A stretch of 64,000 nt of DNA from assembly GCA_905178155.1 (NCBI GenBank), contig CAJINV010000002.1, positions 10,890,634 to 10,954,633 of the forward strand, written 5' to 3'. This stretch comes from Amoebophrya sp. A120 (taxonomy: Eukaryota > Protista > Dinoflagellata). A program made the position numbers and the translations under genes. Positions 1-12,900 of this stretch are shown piece by piece. Positions within the stretch are counted from its first letter, which is position 1. Each line of letters begins with the position of its first letter. The notes beneath the pieces were generated by a model that saw only the letters and a program-made list of their open reading frames with translations, was not told where the DNA came from and did no database searches.

Positions 1-19
1 AGCATACAAAAATGAACAG

Positions 20-3000
20 GTAGCCCCGCGGTACGGGGGAAAGCTGTGCTCACCACACGATATGACACAAATAGAGGCGTGCAATCAGCAACCCTGTCAC
101 AAGCCCGTGGACTGCATCATGGGGGAGTGGGGCAAGTGGGCCAGCTGTAGTGCCACCTGCAACGGGGTGCGGGAGCGTGACCGCGTGGTGAAACAGTACC
201 CGGATCACAACGGAAAACCGTGCGCCGGAGAGCTCCGCGAGGTGAAACCATGTAACCTGGAGGACTGCCACAAGGACGACTTTGTGCCGAAGGAGCCGAT
301 CGAGTGCAAGATAGGGGCCTGGGGCAACTGGACCGAGTGCTCCGTCACGTGCGGGGGCGGCTACAAAGAGAAACACCGCCAAGTCGTGCAGCTGCCCTTG
401 CACGGCGGGGAGGGCTGCGAAGGTGAGATGTGGTTCTACACTTCTTTTTGGCGACGGGTATCTCCAGAGCGCTTCGCTAGGCTTGCAGCCTTTGGAAAAA
501 GGAAGCGCTTTGTCTTCTTTTACTAGATATAGATTTGAGTAGAATAAACCACGTCGATATAATTTTGGATGACGAAATTCAGGCGCACTGAAGCTGATCG
601 AGCCGTGTGCCCAAGAAGAATGCAAGCCTGAACACGTACTCCACCCGGTAGACTGCAAATGGTCCGATTGGGAAGCTTGGTCCGGGTGCTCCAGGAGTTG
701 TGGCGGTGGCGAGAAGACGAGGCAGCGACAGGTTTTGACCATGCCAAATCGCATTGGCACACCTTGTGCTGCGAAGGATAACATGGAGGTAGCCAGCTGC
801 AATGAAGACCCGTGTGACGCTGTGGATTGTACTGCTATTTTTGGCTTGTCATCCTGATGGAAACAACAATAACGGCATCGATCGACAACGCGGGTCAGCC
901 ACAGCCTACTTGTGTGGAATTTCGCGTGCTGGGAAAAAACAAAAAGGACAGAAAATCAATTCAACTTACAGGCGTCTGGGGCCAGTGGTCCGGCTGGGGC
1001 GCGTGCACGTGTACAGGCTTAGAAGAGCGGCACCGAGTTATTCAAAAACACGCCACGCAAGGAGGCCACCCGTGCGACGGCGCGAAGATTGAGACCAGAG
1101 CATGTGCCGTTTGTTTAGTTTTTTCGTTGTGCGCACTTCCCTTTGTTCCTTGACGTCGATTTCAATAGAAAGCTCATTTGTTCCGCACGTCGTAAAAATC
1201 ATAATCAATGCAAATTCAACAACCTCCAAAACAGGCCACCCCGACTGCGAGCATCCCCCCCAAGACTGTCTGCTTGGAGACTGGGAGTCCTGGGGGCAGT
1301 GCTCCGCGAGCTGCGGCGGCGGCCAGACCATCCGGCAGCGACATATCTTGCAAAAGTCAAACTACGGTGGCAAGGGTTGTGCGGGGGAGCTGAAGGAAAT
1401 CTCGGACTGCAACGTAGACAAGTGTCCCACCGACCCGGAGCCGGTGGACTGCAAGCTTGACGAGTGGTCCAACTGGTCCGCGTGCTCCGCCGAATGCAAC
1501 GGCGGGCAAAAGTTTCGCCACCGTGAAGTTTTAACGCAGGGGAGGCACGGGGGGAAGACCTGCACGGACGAGATGGTGTTGGCCGAGACGGCTTCTTGCA
1601 ACACGCAAACGTGCGATGACAAGAAGGACTGCCAATGGGGCGAGTGGAGCAAGTGGGGCGACTGCAGTCGGACTTGCGGTTCGGGCCAGAAGGAGCGAAC
1701 GCGCGAGGTGCTGCAATCTCCGCGGTACGGCGGCGAAATGTGCCCGCCGAAGGTCACATCGGAAGTGGCGCCCTGTACTTCTGATAGCTAGAATTTCGCG
1801 AGAGGTGCTTCTAGTTTTAGCTGCTGAAAGATATCAGATTGCGTCGCACTATCACACATAGCAATCAGCTATTGGATAATTAGGGTTTTATGCCGTCTTC
1901 TTCCAGTCTGATCATGGAGGTGCGGAAAAGAAAAAGCGAGTTCATCACATGAGGAAAGATAAGCAACACTGCAGGCAACACGCAAGAGTGCCCCGGCGCA
2001 CTGCACTGTGTCGACGGAGTTTGGTCAGATTGGTCGGACTATTCCCTCTGTTCCGCGAGCTGTGGCGACGGGTTCCAGTATCGCACCCGTGAGATTGCGG
2101 TGGCGGCAAACTCGTGTGGAAAGCCGCTGGTCGGCTTGCGCCAGGAGTTCCGGGAGTGTAACCGCGGGGCCTGTGACCACCATGTGAAAGACTGCAAGTT
2201 CTCAAGCTGGGAGGATTGGGGCGACTGCAGCTGCCCCTGCAACGGCATTAAGGAAAGAACGCGGCGCATCGACACTTACCCTGACAACGGCGGAAAGGGG
2301 TGTAATGGCAGCTTGAAGCAGGTAAGATTGTAACTACTCCTACTTACAGTTGCAGCGTGATGTGTTTTGCACCACCTTAATTTGCCTGTCTCTTCCAGGC
2401 CTTCTTCGTTCCGGTGTAGTTACGGGTCGATCATGGATTCAATTCTCACGAAGCTTGCATTGGGTAATAAAAAAACCAATATCAAAAAGATTGCCGCGTG
2501 CAACGAGAAAGTGTGTTCCCAATGGCAACCAGTGAATTGCAAAGTGTCCACGTGGGGCCCGTGGTCCGGCTGCTCCGCGAAGTGCGGCGGCGGGTTCAAA
2601 ACCCGAAAGAAGTCGATTCTCAAGCACCCGAAGAACGGGGGCAAGCCGTGCAACGACGATCTCGAGGAAGTAACCAGCTGCAACGAACAGGAGTGCCAGG
2701 ACGCGGTGGACTGCGAAATGGGTTCCTGGGACGATTGGGGCTCGTGCTCCGCTCGCTGTGGCGGCGGCGAACAAATGAGGTACGAAAAATGAGGTAGTAT
2801 GTGCGCACTCATGAATTTGTATGGTCATGTGTTGGGGTTCAAAATTTCAGAAAAATTACCGCAGCTGATCGCACCGGATCGGCCTCTGAGATGCACACTT
2901 TCTTGGGGTCGCTCTCACCGGGTGCGTGGCTGGCTTCAATACTATGCCTGTGTTGAATATTCGCAGTGTCGATATTTTGGCGCTTTTTTCAGGAATTTGA

Positions 3001-6000
3001 GTTAAACAGGTCGGGGGAAGGTTCGGGTACAGGTCTGGCTAGCCGAGGTCCGGGGAGGTCCTTTTTGCTACTCTCTCGTGTTCTGACAGCCCGACTCAGG
3101 TCGGGGAAAGCTGTTTTGTGCTGGTTTTGGGGTTTGGGAGCTAAGTTTTCACGGGTCCGAGCCCAAAACTCGGACTGCCGTCGTGTTTGGGGTGAAAATG
3201 GAAAAGGAACGACCTCGGCGGATCTCGCCGGACCTCCCGCTGGGCTGCGCGTTTGGAGTCGCTTCCCCCGGTGGTATTGCCAGCTTTGGCACTAGTTTTG
3301 GGTAAATTTTGGCAGCGCCATTTTTTTTTCTGTTTTCTTGGACATTTCGCCGAAACAGGCGGGGAGAATGTTCGGGTAGGGGGCAGGTCAGCCGAGGTCC
3401 GAGGAGGTCCTTTTTGCTACTCTACCGTGTTCTGACAGCCCGAATCAGGTCGGGGAAAGCTGTTTTGTGGTGGTTTTGGGGTTTGGGAGCTAAGTTTTCA
3501 CGTGTCCGCGCAAAAAACTCGGACTGCCGTCGTGTTTGGGGTGAAAATGGCAAAGAAACGACCTCGGCCGACCACGCCGGACCTCCCTCTGGGCTGCGCG
3601 CTTGGAATCGCTTCCCCCGGTGCTATTGCCAGCTTTGGCACTAGTCTTGGGTAAATTTTGGCAGTTTCATTTTTTTTTCGGTTTTCTTGAACATTTCGCC
3701 GAAACAGGCGGGGAGAATGTTCGGGTAGTGGGCAGGTCAGCCGAGGTCCGAGGAGGTCCTTTTGGCTAATGTATCGTGTTCTGACAGCCCGAATCAGCTC
3801 GGGGAAAGCTGTTTTGTGCTGGTTTTGGGGTTTGGGAGCTAAGTTTGCACCGGTCCGCGCCCAAAACTCGGACAGCCTTCGTGTTTGGGGTGAAAATGGC
3901 AAAGAAACGACCTCGGCCGACCACGCCGGACCTGCCTCTGGGCTGCGCGCTTGGAATCGCTTCCCCCGGTGCTATTGCCAGCTTTGGCACTAGTCTTGGG
4001 TAAATTTTGGCAGTTTCATTTTTTTTTCGGTTTTCTTGAACATTTCGCCGAAACAGGCGGGGAGAATGTTCGGGTAGTGGGCAGGTCAGCCGAGGTCCGA
4101 GGAGGTCCTTTTGGCTAATGTATCGTGTTCTGACAGCCCGAATCAGCTCGGGGAAAGCTGTTTTGTGCTGGTTTTGGGGTTTGGGAGCTAAGTTTGCACC
4201 GGTCCGCGCCCAAAACTCGGACAGCCTTCGTGTTTGGGGTGAAAATGGCAAAGAAACGACCTCGGCCGACCACGCCGGACCTGCCTCTGGGCTGCGCGCT
4301 TGGAATCGCTTCCCCCGGTGCTATTGCCAGCTTTGGCACTAGTTTTGGGTAAATTTTGGCAGTGCCATTTTTTTTTCGGTTTTCTTGGACATTTCGCCGA
4401 AACAGGCGGGGAGAATGTTCGGGTAGTGGGCAGGTCAGCCGAGGTCCGAGGAGGTCCTTTTTGCTACTCTACCGTGTTCTGACAGCCCGAATCGGCTCGG
4501 GGAAAGCTGGTTTGTGCTGGTTTTGGGGTTTGGGAGCTAAGTTTTCACGTGTCCGCGTCCAAAACTCGGGCTGCCGTCGTGTTTGAAGTGAAAATGGCAA
4601 AGAAACGACCTCGGCCGACCACGCCGGACCTCCCTCTGGGCTGCGCGCTTGGAATCGCTTCCCCAGGTGCTATTGCCAGCTTTGGCACTAGTTTTGGGTA
4701 AATTTTGGCAGCGTCATTTTTTTTTCGGTTTTCTTGGACATTTCGCCGAAACAGGCCGGGAGAATGTTCGGGTAGGGGGCAGGTCAGCCGAGGTCCGAGG
4801 AGGTCCTTTTTGCTAATCTATCGTGTTCTGACAGCCCGAATCAGCTCGGGGAAAGCTGTTTTGTGCTGGTTTTGTGGTTGGAGAGCTAAGTGTTCACGTG
4901 TCCGCGCCCAAAACTCGGACTGCCGTCGTGTTTGGGGTGAAAATGGCAAAGAAGCGACCTCGTCCGACCACGCCGGACCTCCCTCTGGGCTGCGCGCTTG
5001 GAGTCGCTTCCCACGGTGGTATTGCCATCTTCGGCATTAATTGTGCGTAAATTTTGGCAGTGGCGGTTTTTTATCGATTTTCTTTAACATTTCGCCGAAA
5101 CAGGAGGGGAGAAGGTTCGGGTAGGGGTCTGGTCAGGCGTGGTCCGGTGTGGTCCTTTTTGCTAGTCTGCCGTGTTCTGACAGCCCGACTCAGGTCGGGG
5201 AAAGCTGTTTTGTGGTGGTTTTGGGGTTTGGGAGCTAGGTCCCAACGTGTTCGCGTCCAAAAGTCGGACTGCCATCGCGTTTGGCGTAGAAATGGCAAAG
5301 AAACGACCACGGCGGACCAGCCTCTGGGCTGCGCACTTGGAGTCGCTTCCTCCGATGGTGTGGCCTTCTTCGGCACTAATTTTGGGTAAATTTTGGCATT
5401 GCCATTTGTTTTGGTTTTCATCAACATTTCGCCGAAACAGGAGGGGAGAATGTTTTGGTAGGGGGCTGGCCACCAGGAAAAGCAAAAATTAAAATTTATC
5501 ATGAAAGGTATCGGGCCATCACTACAATGCCGAAGCAGGGCGGCGTTCCGTGCAAGAAGACGGAGACAAGCGAGATGCGAACCTGCAACACCCAGGCGTG
5601 CGGCTCTATCGCGTACTGTGCCTGGAGCGACTGGGGGAGCTGGAGTAATTGCAGCACGACGTGCGGCACCGGGGAGCAGTGGCGCAGGCGGCACCTCGAG
5701 ATCATACAGCACGTAGGTGCGAATGACACCACCAGTATAATTTCGACCAACATTCTGAACGACCTGTTCGAGTTCCCGGACCGAATGCGCTTTGCGAGCG
5801 AGCACATGCTCTTCACGTTCTTCCTGGGAATTTTCACAACACTAGTAATGCTGGCCGTCACGCACCGGTTTGTGCAGGAGAGGAGAAGTTCCGGAGGAAG
5901 CAGTGCGCTGCTCTTCGACGATCACGTCGATTACGAAAGAGCGGCGACAGAAATGGTGCAGCAGTCGCACATAGCAGCGAACCACGCGGAAGATGCTTTT

Positions 6001-6012
6001 TACGTGGAATAA
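20..6012 (+). CDS. Multi-thrombospondin type-1 (spondin-like TSP1) repeat single-pass membrane protein, 5' end outside the window; exons 20-422, 583-828, 972-1103, 1235-1774, 1975-2321, 2490-2779, 5508-6012
   Basis: About 12-13 repeats of DCxxxxWxxWxxCSxxCGGGxxxRxR...GGxxC. All six GT-AG introns splice in frame, three of them re-forming a Cys codon (T|GC). The last exon has a hydrophobic helix (MLFTFFLGIFTTLVMLAV), a ~50-aa tail and a TAA stop ending at 6012. Confidence 0.9.
2975..5470. repeat. Tandem satellite of ~7 copies of a 349-bp G/T-rich unit, inside intron 2780-5507 of the TSP1 gene
   Basis: The marker GCCGAGGTCCG recurs at 3042, 3391, 3740, 4089, 4438 and 4787, with a diverged copy near 5136 (349-bp period). 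ORFs at 3769 and 4118 translate identically. Confidence 0.95.
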
Positions 6013-6947
6013 GGAAAGATGATACGCCGTAGCCGTGTTGGGGCGCGGACATAATTAGAGAGTTTTTAGATGTAGAAAATCACGACCCAAAAAATACGTA
6101 GTAAAACGTAGTAGTTAACTTTCTTAGTAAAAGAAAAACATGCTTTTGATCTTGATGTTTCTTCCCGTAGGGCTTCATCATCTCCGCGTGATGTACAGCC
6201 GAGCCGCAGTGATAAATCTCGCTGATCTCGAGAGTGCGGTGAATCGGCACGTTCTTCGCGATCTTGCCGGCAGCAAAGGAAAGAAACACTGGAATCTTGT
6301 GCTGCTGATCTTCCGGCGAAGACGCGGAGACGCCTGTCTTTCTTCATAGAAACAAAGTACAAGTAAACATTTTCCGACGCTGCAGGCGGTCAACAAAGTA
6401 GTGCACAAGTATGCACAGCGGCAACGTTAACGAAAGTAACGTTGTGTGTGCGTGTTCCCCAAGAAGTATTGGGATGCGCTTCGGTGAGGCTTGTAGTGTT
6501 CGCTTATATCATGGATTAGTGATCATTTTTGGCTTGGTGGATCAACTTGCAGATCAAATGAATCCTTTGCTTGTCTTGTGCATCTGCATGATGTCGTTGC
6601 GATTTTTGGGGTTACATGTACATCGGATCAATCTTCCACCATGATCTCCGCTGTTTTCTTTTGCGATCTGTTTTTCGGATGGTTTTCGCTTTTTTACCTT
6701 TCATTCGAGCCTTTTTATTTCGTACTGTGCAAGCGAACTCAACCTCAAGAACTCCCGATTGAGGTGCGCACTACTTGGTGCTGAAATATTCTGAAGTGAA
6801 GCAGCTCTGTTTCAGTACTCTCGTATTGTGGCTACACCTTGGCGGGTGATTCATTTGTACATCAAATCCGAGAACACGAGTGACCCCGGCAGAGTGTTTC
6901 TCATTTTCTTCTGACAATTAAAAATTCATATTCAGTTTTTGACGAAA

Positions 6948-9900
6948 ATGCAGTCCATCAACGCATCGTCCGGTGCGCCGGCCAATTCGAGTTCGCCTGT
7001 GCCGTTGCAGCCGCAAAACCGAAACGTGCTAGAAATGCCGACTGGCACGGAGTCGCTGGAAATGCCAACAGGTACTGCCAGCATGGAAATCGGCAGCAAT
7101 CAGGCTAGTTCGACAAACACGGCGCAACTTGTTAATACTACAGCGGCGGTGAGCAGCGCGCCGATTGTTTCGGCCATTGCGCCGCAAAATCCGACCAGCA
7201 TCCTGAACACTTCAGCGTCTCCCACCGTGGCTACCATGCAAATGCCGACCGGGACGCAGGCACTCGAGTTGGAAGTCCATAATGGAGTACAAAGTGTGAG
7301 TGGTTGGAATTTCCACGCACAGCCGTTTGTGCCTGCCCAGCAGGCCGCGGCACATGCCTGGAACTTAGAAGCTCCAAGCTGGGAACCGAACGCGGTGGCA
7401 GCTGCGCAGTTCGAGTACAGATAACATCGGCTCCGACTTGAACTTACCACACTATCGGTGTAAAGAAACGAAAAGAAAATCATGTTTGAGAGAAAAGCAA
7501 AAAAAAATTCAAATTTTCGTTGATGAAAGTGCTTGGTTGATTTCGTTTCAGCAAAAAAATCCAGGCACCCGTCGAAAGAGCCGACGGTCGCACCGGAGTC
7601 CCACAACCATGTTTCTCCTGTCACAGAGCAGCCGCAGCCGGTCAAGCCAGCCTCGAATATCGTGGAGCATTTTGCGAATGCAATTATGGCGAAAAATAAG
7701 GACGAAGCTGGGACAGCTGAAGTCGAACAACCGAGAGAAGATACGGATGGATTGCCTGCGGACGCGCCGCCTCCGGGCATCGATATTGATTCAGAACGAG
7801 CTCCTATTTCGAAACGGAACGAAGAAACCGACGATAACTATACTGCTGCTGAAGCGAGTCCGAGTGCGAGGAGTCGTGCGCCAGCGCCTGCGGCACTGAG
7901 CAAGAAAGATGCATCATGCAACGATAGTACAGCCGGCGTTTCTGAAGAGGCACAAAAGTACGATGAAGCGCAAGACACATTGTCTGCTGATTCCGGCGGA
8001 GCTCCAGCACACCAGCATGGATCTCCATTTGTCGCCGAGGGAGACAGCAAGCTTTTCACTGCCCCGACCGCCGTAAGCCAATCTCACCTGTCTTCAGAAG
8101 ACCCTCAGCAACTGCCACACGCGTTCTCAGCTCCCGCACCAGGAAATGGGGGTTGCGTGGTGGACCACCAGCACGACTACGAGCAACAGTGGGCAGCTGC
8201 TGCTGCGTTACAACATCAACAGCAGCTCCAGCAACAAGGCCATGCGATGAATGTTGGCTCGTCGTCCGGTCAGCACCACCCGAACGCCGTAGTGCCGCAC
8301 CAGCAGCTGCAACATCACTTACAACCGCAACCGCCAATTACGTTGGGCGGCACCGCGCAACAGCTGCTGCAGCACGCAGCCTTGTTCGGAGCGGGGGGAT
8401 CCGGCACCGCAGGACCGACTGGATTAGCAGCAGGCCACACAGGTCAGCAGGGCAGCGAGAAAATCTCGGACATCAAGAAGAAAAACGCGGAGTACGAGAC
8501 GGAAGTGCACTTTCAAAAATGCTACAACGTGATGGCCGAGATTTGGGACTACTTTTCCGACATGCTGCCCCAGGACGGCTTCAAATTTCTCGACCTGGGG
8601 TGCGCGCCCGGCGGCTTTGCGTCCTTTCTGTTGGAGGACCCCCGCTGCGTCGGGGGCTGCGGGGTCACGCTGGCCAACAGCTCCGGCGGCTACCCGATTC
8701 GGCTCCGGCGCCCGAACTTCTGGATGCAGATCCGGGACCTGTTTGACCTGAACACCACGGACCTACTGTGCCAGTCCATGGTGCACGTGTGCATTTGCGA
8801 CGCGCAGTACCTCCGGAACAGCACGAGCTGGGACAAGAAATACAAGGGCACGAAGTGCCGGTCCAAGCAGCACGGGGTCTGGAGTCTGTTGGTGAAGCAG
8901 TTTTCCCTTGCTTTGTTTAAGCTGAAGCAAAACGGCATCCTCGTGTTCCGGTTTGGCTGGAAGGACAACCCGGAGGACTTGCAGACCATCTGGTACAAGC
9001 GGGTGGCGACCCGGTTGTTCACGCTGTGCAACATTCTGTTCGACAACGTGAAGGAGATCAAGTCCGACTACTACAACATCCTGGACAGCAGTTTCTACGT
9101 CTGCTGCGCGGGGTTCAACCGCGAGAAGTACGAGAAAACCAACGTGCACGGCATTCTTGTCGACCAGTTCTACGAACTGACCACCTCCCGCTGTGACGAG
9201 GCGTCCGACCACGAAGTGCTCGAGGCGGTCGACGCGTTTCGCACGGCGGACATGGACGAGAAAATCAACGAACTGCTGCACCGCGTGGAGAAGTTGCGGC
9301 TGGTGCACGAGCAGAGCAGCCAGCGCCGCTTCGAGCTGCTCCAGGAGGACGAGTTGGAGGATGCGAGCGGAGCTGTCGAGAAAAACGCCTCGTATTTGCC
9401 GAAGCCATTCGGTTTTATCCGTCCGGTGCCGGAGGAACTGAGGCGCGTCGACGCGAACGCGTCGATGTTTCAAAATTCCTCGCTCCAGCAGTGCATCCAG
9501 CTGAAGGAGCTGCTGAGCACCTACGCCCGTGTCGTCGACGTGGCGATCGTGCGGGACTGCGCGGTCGTGCGATTCAGCAGTCGCAAGATGGCGGAATGCA
9601 CCATCCGGGAGCTGAACTTCAACAAAACCTTCGGCGGCAAGTGCCGCGTGTGGCTGGAGAACCCGGATACGAACCCCTCACCAGAGTTCGAGAAGGGCTT
9701 GGACATCATGAAAAAGCGCAGTTTGATGTTGGCGACGACGGTGTCGGAGCGGGGCGTGAACCAGTACGGGCAGGACAAGGACGCAAAGGGGGAAAAGGAT
9801 CCGACGACAAGGGGATCCACGCGGAAGCAGAAACGGACTGCTAGTGCAGAGGGAGGATCGTCTTCTTTTGAAAAGGGCTCTACTTCTGTAGTTGCAAACG

Positions 9901-12900
9901 ACGATGCAGCGACAGCAGCGGTTCCTTCATCTTCTCTTGGAGAGGTTGTGACGGAGAAAAACAATGAAAAAAAAACATCTGTGTCTACTGCTGGAAATAA
10001 AGAAAGTTCCAGTTGTACTACTGCTCTCATTCCTGGAAGCGGTGCGTCCGCCCTACAGGCCGGCGGGGGCGGCGCGGGCAGAAAGAAGCTGCGGGGCCGC
10101 GCGGGACTTCTTGCGGCTGGAAGTTCTTCCTCCACTGGAGCAGGTTCTGCTTCTCTCGTAGCGAGCACGCAATCACAGGCCCACGCGAGCAAGGAGCCGT
10201 CCAGTGTCGGGGCGGCGACGCAGGGTATGGCGGAGAAAAGAGCTGGAGCTCCTGCTGCTGTTCCAGCAGCGAGCGTGTCCCAACAACAGGCGCTTCAGCA
10301 TCACCAGTCGCAACTCGTCGCAAACTACGGAAATCTTTTGATGCGGAAAAAAGAGGCCGCCTTGAACAAGCAGTGCATTAGCATCGACATGAACCGCATC
10401 AAATTTCCGGAAGAGAAAAAGAAGAACAAAACTACCTCGAGTTCCGATGCCGCTGGCGCAGCCAAAAAGGAAGACGAGCAGGGCGAACCTGTTGCGTCGT
10501 CGAGTGATGAGAAAGAACGCGATGACGTGCCGATTTTGATGCCTGAAAACGGCCCCAAAACGGCGGTCGAACCGACAGACGAGAAGGAAGCGGAGCTTAC
10601 CCTAGAAAAGATCGACGAAGTTTGTTGCGCATCATCTTCTACCTCGCAATGCGAAGACGATTTTGCTCCGGTTGCGGAGATGGAGCCGGGCTCTAATGGT
10701 GACGAAACTGTCCCTCAGTGCGGGACAGGGCAAGAAACAGACAACGAGAGGAGCGAAGCTGGAGACAAAACATCGACGAAAGAAGGTCCAGAATTTTTGA
10801 GCTCAACTTCTGTCCTCGACAGGGAGGGGAATGCAAGCAGTGGCGCTCCTTCAAGAAATATCGACCACGTACAAGGTAGTTTCGGAGAAGATGACAACGA
10901 TGAAAGCGACGCTCGTTTTGCGGCAGAGGCGCTGTTCGGGGTGGATGGTCCGAAGGGTTCTTCTCAAGTGGACGGCACCGACGAGGAAGTTTACTCCGAC
11001 GATTTGGATCTCGCGTCACCGCTTCACGCCGAGTCAGCGGATCATGATCTCCTTGACGTGCAGCTACAGCCGTCGGAGCATGATGTTGTTTCTGGTCAAG
11101 AATTGGACCAAGCATGCGCTGCAGGCAAGGTACCCGCTGACGTTCTTCCAGGTGTTGATGCGAACGGCAACGAAGAACATGAAGATGCGCCGAACCTACA
11201 ACTTGAGTCCGGAAACCGTCGCTCTTCTTCGTCGACGATATCTTCCTTGCATGCTGATCCAATAGTAGAGACCAGTAAAAAGCGAAAACAAGGAGGTAAA
11301 ACCGAGAAAGAGAAGGCGACGACAGGTGTCGCGAAGAGCAAGCCCGAAACATTTTTCGCCACAAACGCGGACGGTTCCGTGACCTACGTGAGCCGACATC
11401 CGGAGAAAAGCTTGAGCGCACTGCAAGCAGCAGGGACCAAGTGCAACAATGTGAACATTAAGGGAAGTTGTAGTACGTCGCTCGGCGGGGCGGGGGCTGG
11501 TGCCAGTTCCTCGCGAGCTATGTCCGCAGCCGCCGCGGCAAGCGGGTACTACGCTTACGGTGTCGGTGTTGCCGCTGCTGCAGGTAGAGGCGCCATGAGT
11601 GCGGCCGCTCTCCACGGGTTGCAGGCAGGCGCTTCGTGCGCCGGCAGTGCAGCCCGGGGAGGCCCCCCAGGCTCCGGTCCTGGCGCGACAGCAGCGCTGA
11701 ATGGATCCCAGCACCACTACGGGGTTGTGGGAAGCACGAGCAGCTTTTACAATAACTGTCCTTCGGCAGCGTATAACAGTGTTGCAGCGAATGTTGCAGC
11801 TGCGCACCACCCTGCCGCCCACCACCATCTCGGAGCTCCGGCGCATCCGCAACCTTCTCGCGGCTCCTACACGTATATCAATCACGCTGCGAAGGAGCTG
11901 TTTATCAAGGATTTCTGCTCCACGCAACTGCTCCAAACCGGAGACACGGAATCGATCACTTACCAGGGTCAACCGGTGACGACGTTCTATGATTTCTACC
12001 AGGAGCAAAAGCGAAAATACATGCCCGCAGTACCGCCAGAGGACCAGGCGCACTTCGAAGGAACGTCTCCGGTCGATGATGGTGTTACCGCTGCCGAGAG
12101 TAGGGTGGCACCAACTGGTGGCAACGGGGATCAGCATCGTTCATTAGAAACAGACGCTGGCGAGCAGGGTCTTGATTCAGCGTCTGGTAAAAATCCGGAT
12201 TTATTACCGGGCCAGCCCGGCGAAGGAACATACAATCGCCTCGACGTCGAGCACCATCAGGCTGCAGTTCCTTCCAAAAATCCGTTGGTTGGTTCCTTCG
12301 TTGGTTCGACCCTACTTGCTTCGGCGATGAGCATCGGTGGCCCCTTGGTGGAAACGTGCTTGCGCAAGGCCGAGTTGGAAGACAAGGCGTACAAGGCTAT
12401 GAAGCGGTACGGGTATGAGCAGGTCGTCAGTTCCGGCTACGTTCCGTCTGGCGGAGACCACGAGGAGTTCGAAAACGGCTTTCACTGGTGGGACCTGTCG
12501 GGGGCGAGTTTCTTCGAGGATGTATCCTGTGTAAAAACGTCCCCACCCCAGAGTTGTCATGCAAAATTGCGACTGCAGGAAGATTTGTAATGCGCATCTC
12601 CATGAGAGGCATTGCCAATCGTGCTTTGGAATTTGTAATGCTGCAAAGAGGATAAGCAGATGAATTTGATGTGATGCCGTTGTCCTTGCTAACATGCACC
12701 ACACTACGGACTGCAACTTGTCATGCGTGGCTCCCAAAAGTTCTGGATTTGTGTTGCTAAGTTCCCAACTTGACTATGGGTTGGGGCGGACGTTTTTACA
12801 TATGATAGGATGCGACGGACATACCCCTGTTCAACACGGAAATAAAGCACGAAAAAATGGGCGGCATTTATTCCGAAAACAGCAAGCGGGGTGGGCACAA

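Noticed and set aside
2966-5492. Repeated ORFs on both strands and a possible CRISPR-like array in the 349-bp repeat
   Set aside because: The units are contiguous with no unique spacers, the frames are broken by stops, and the region lies within a phase-consistent intron.
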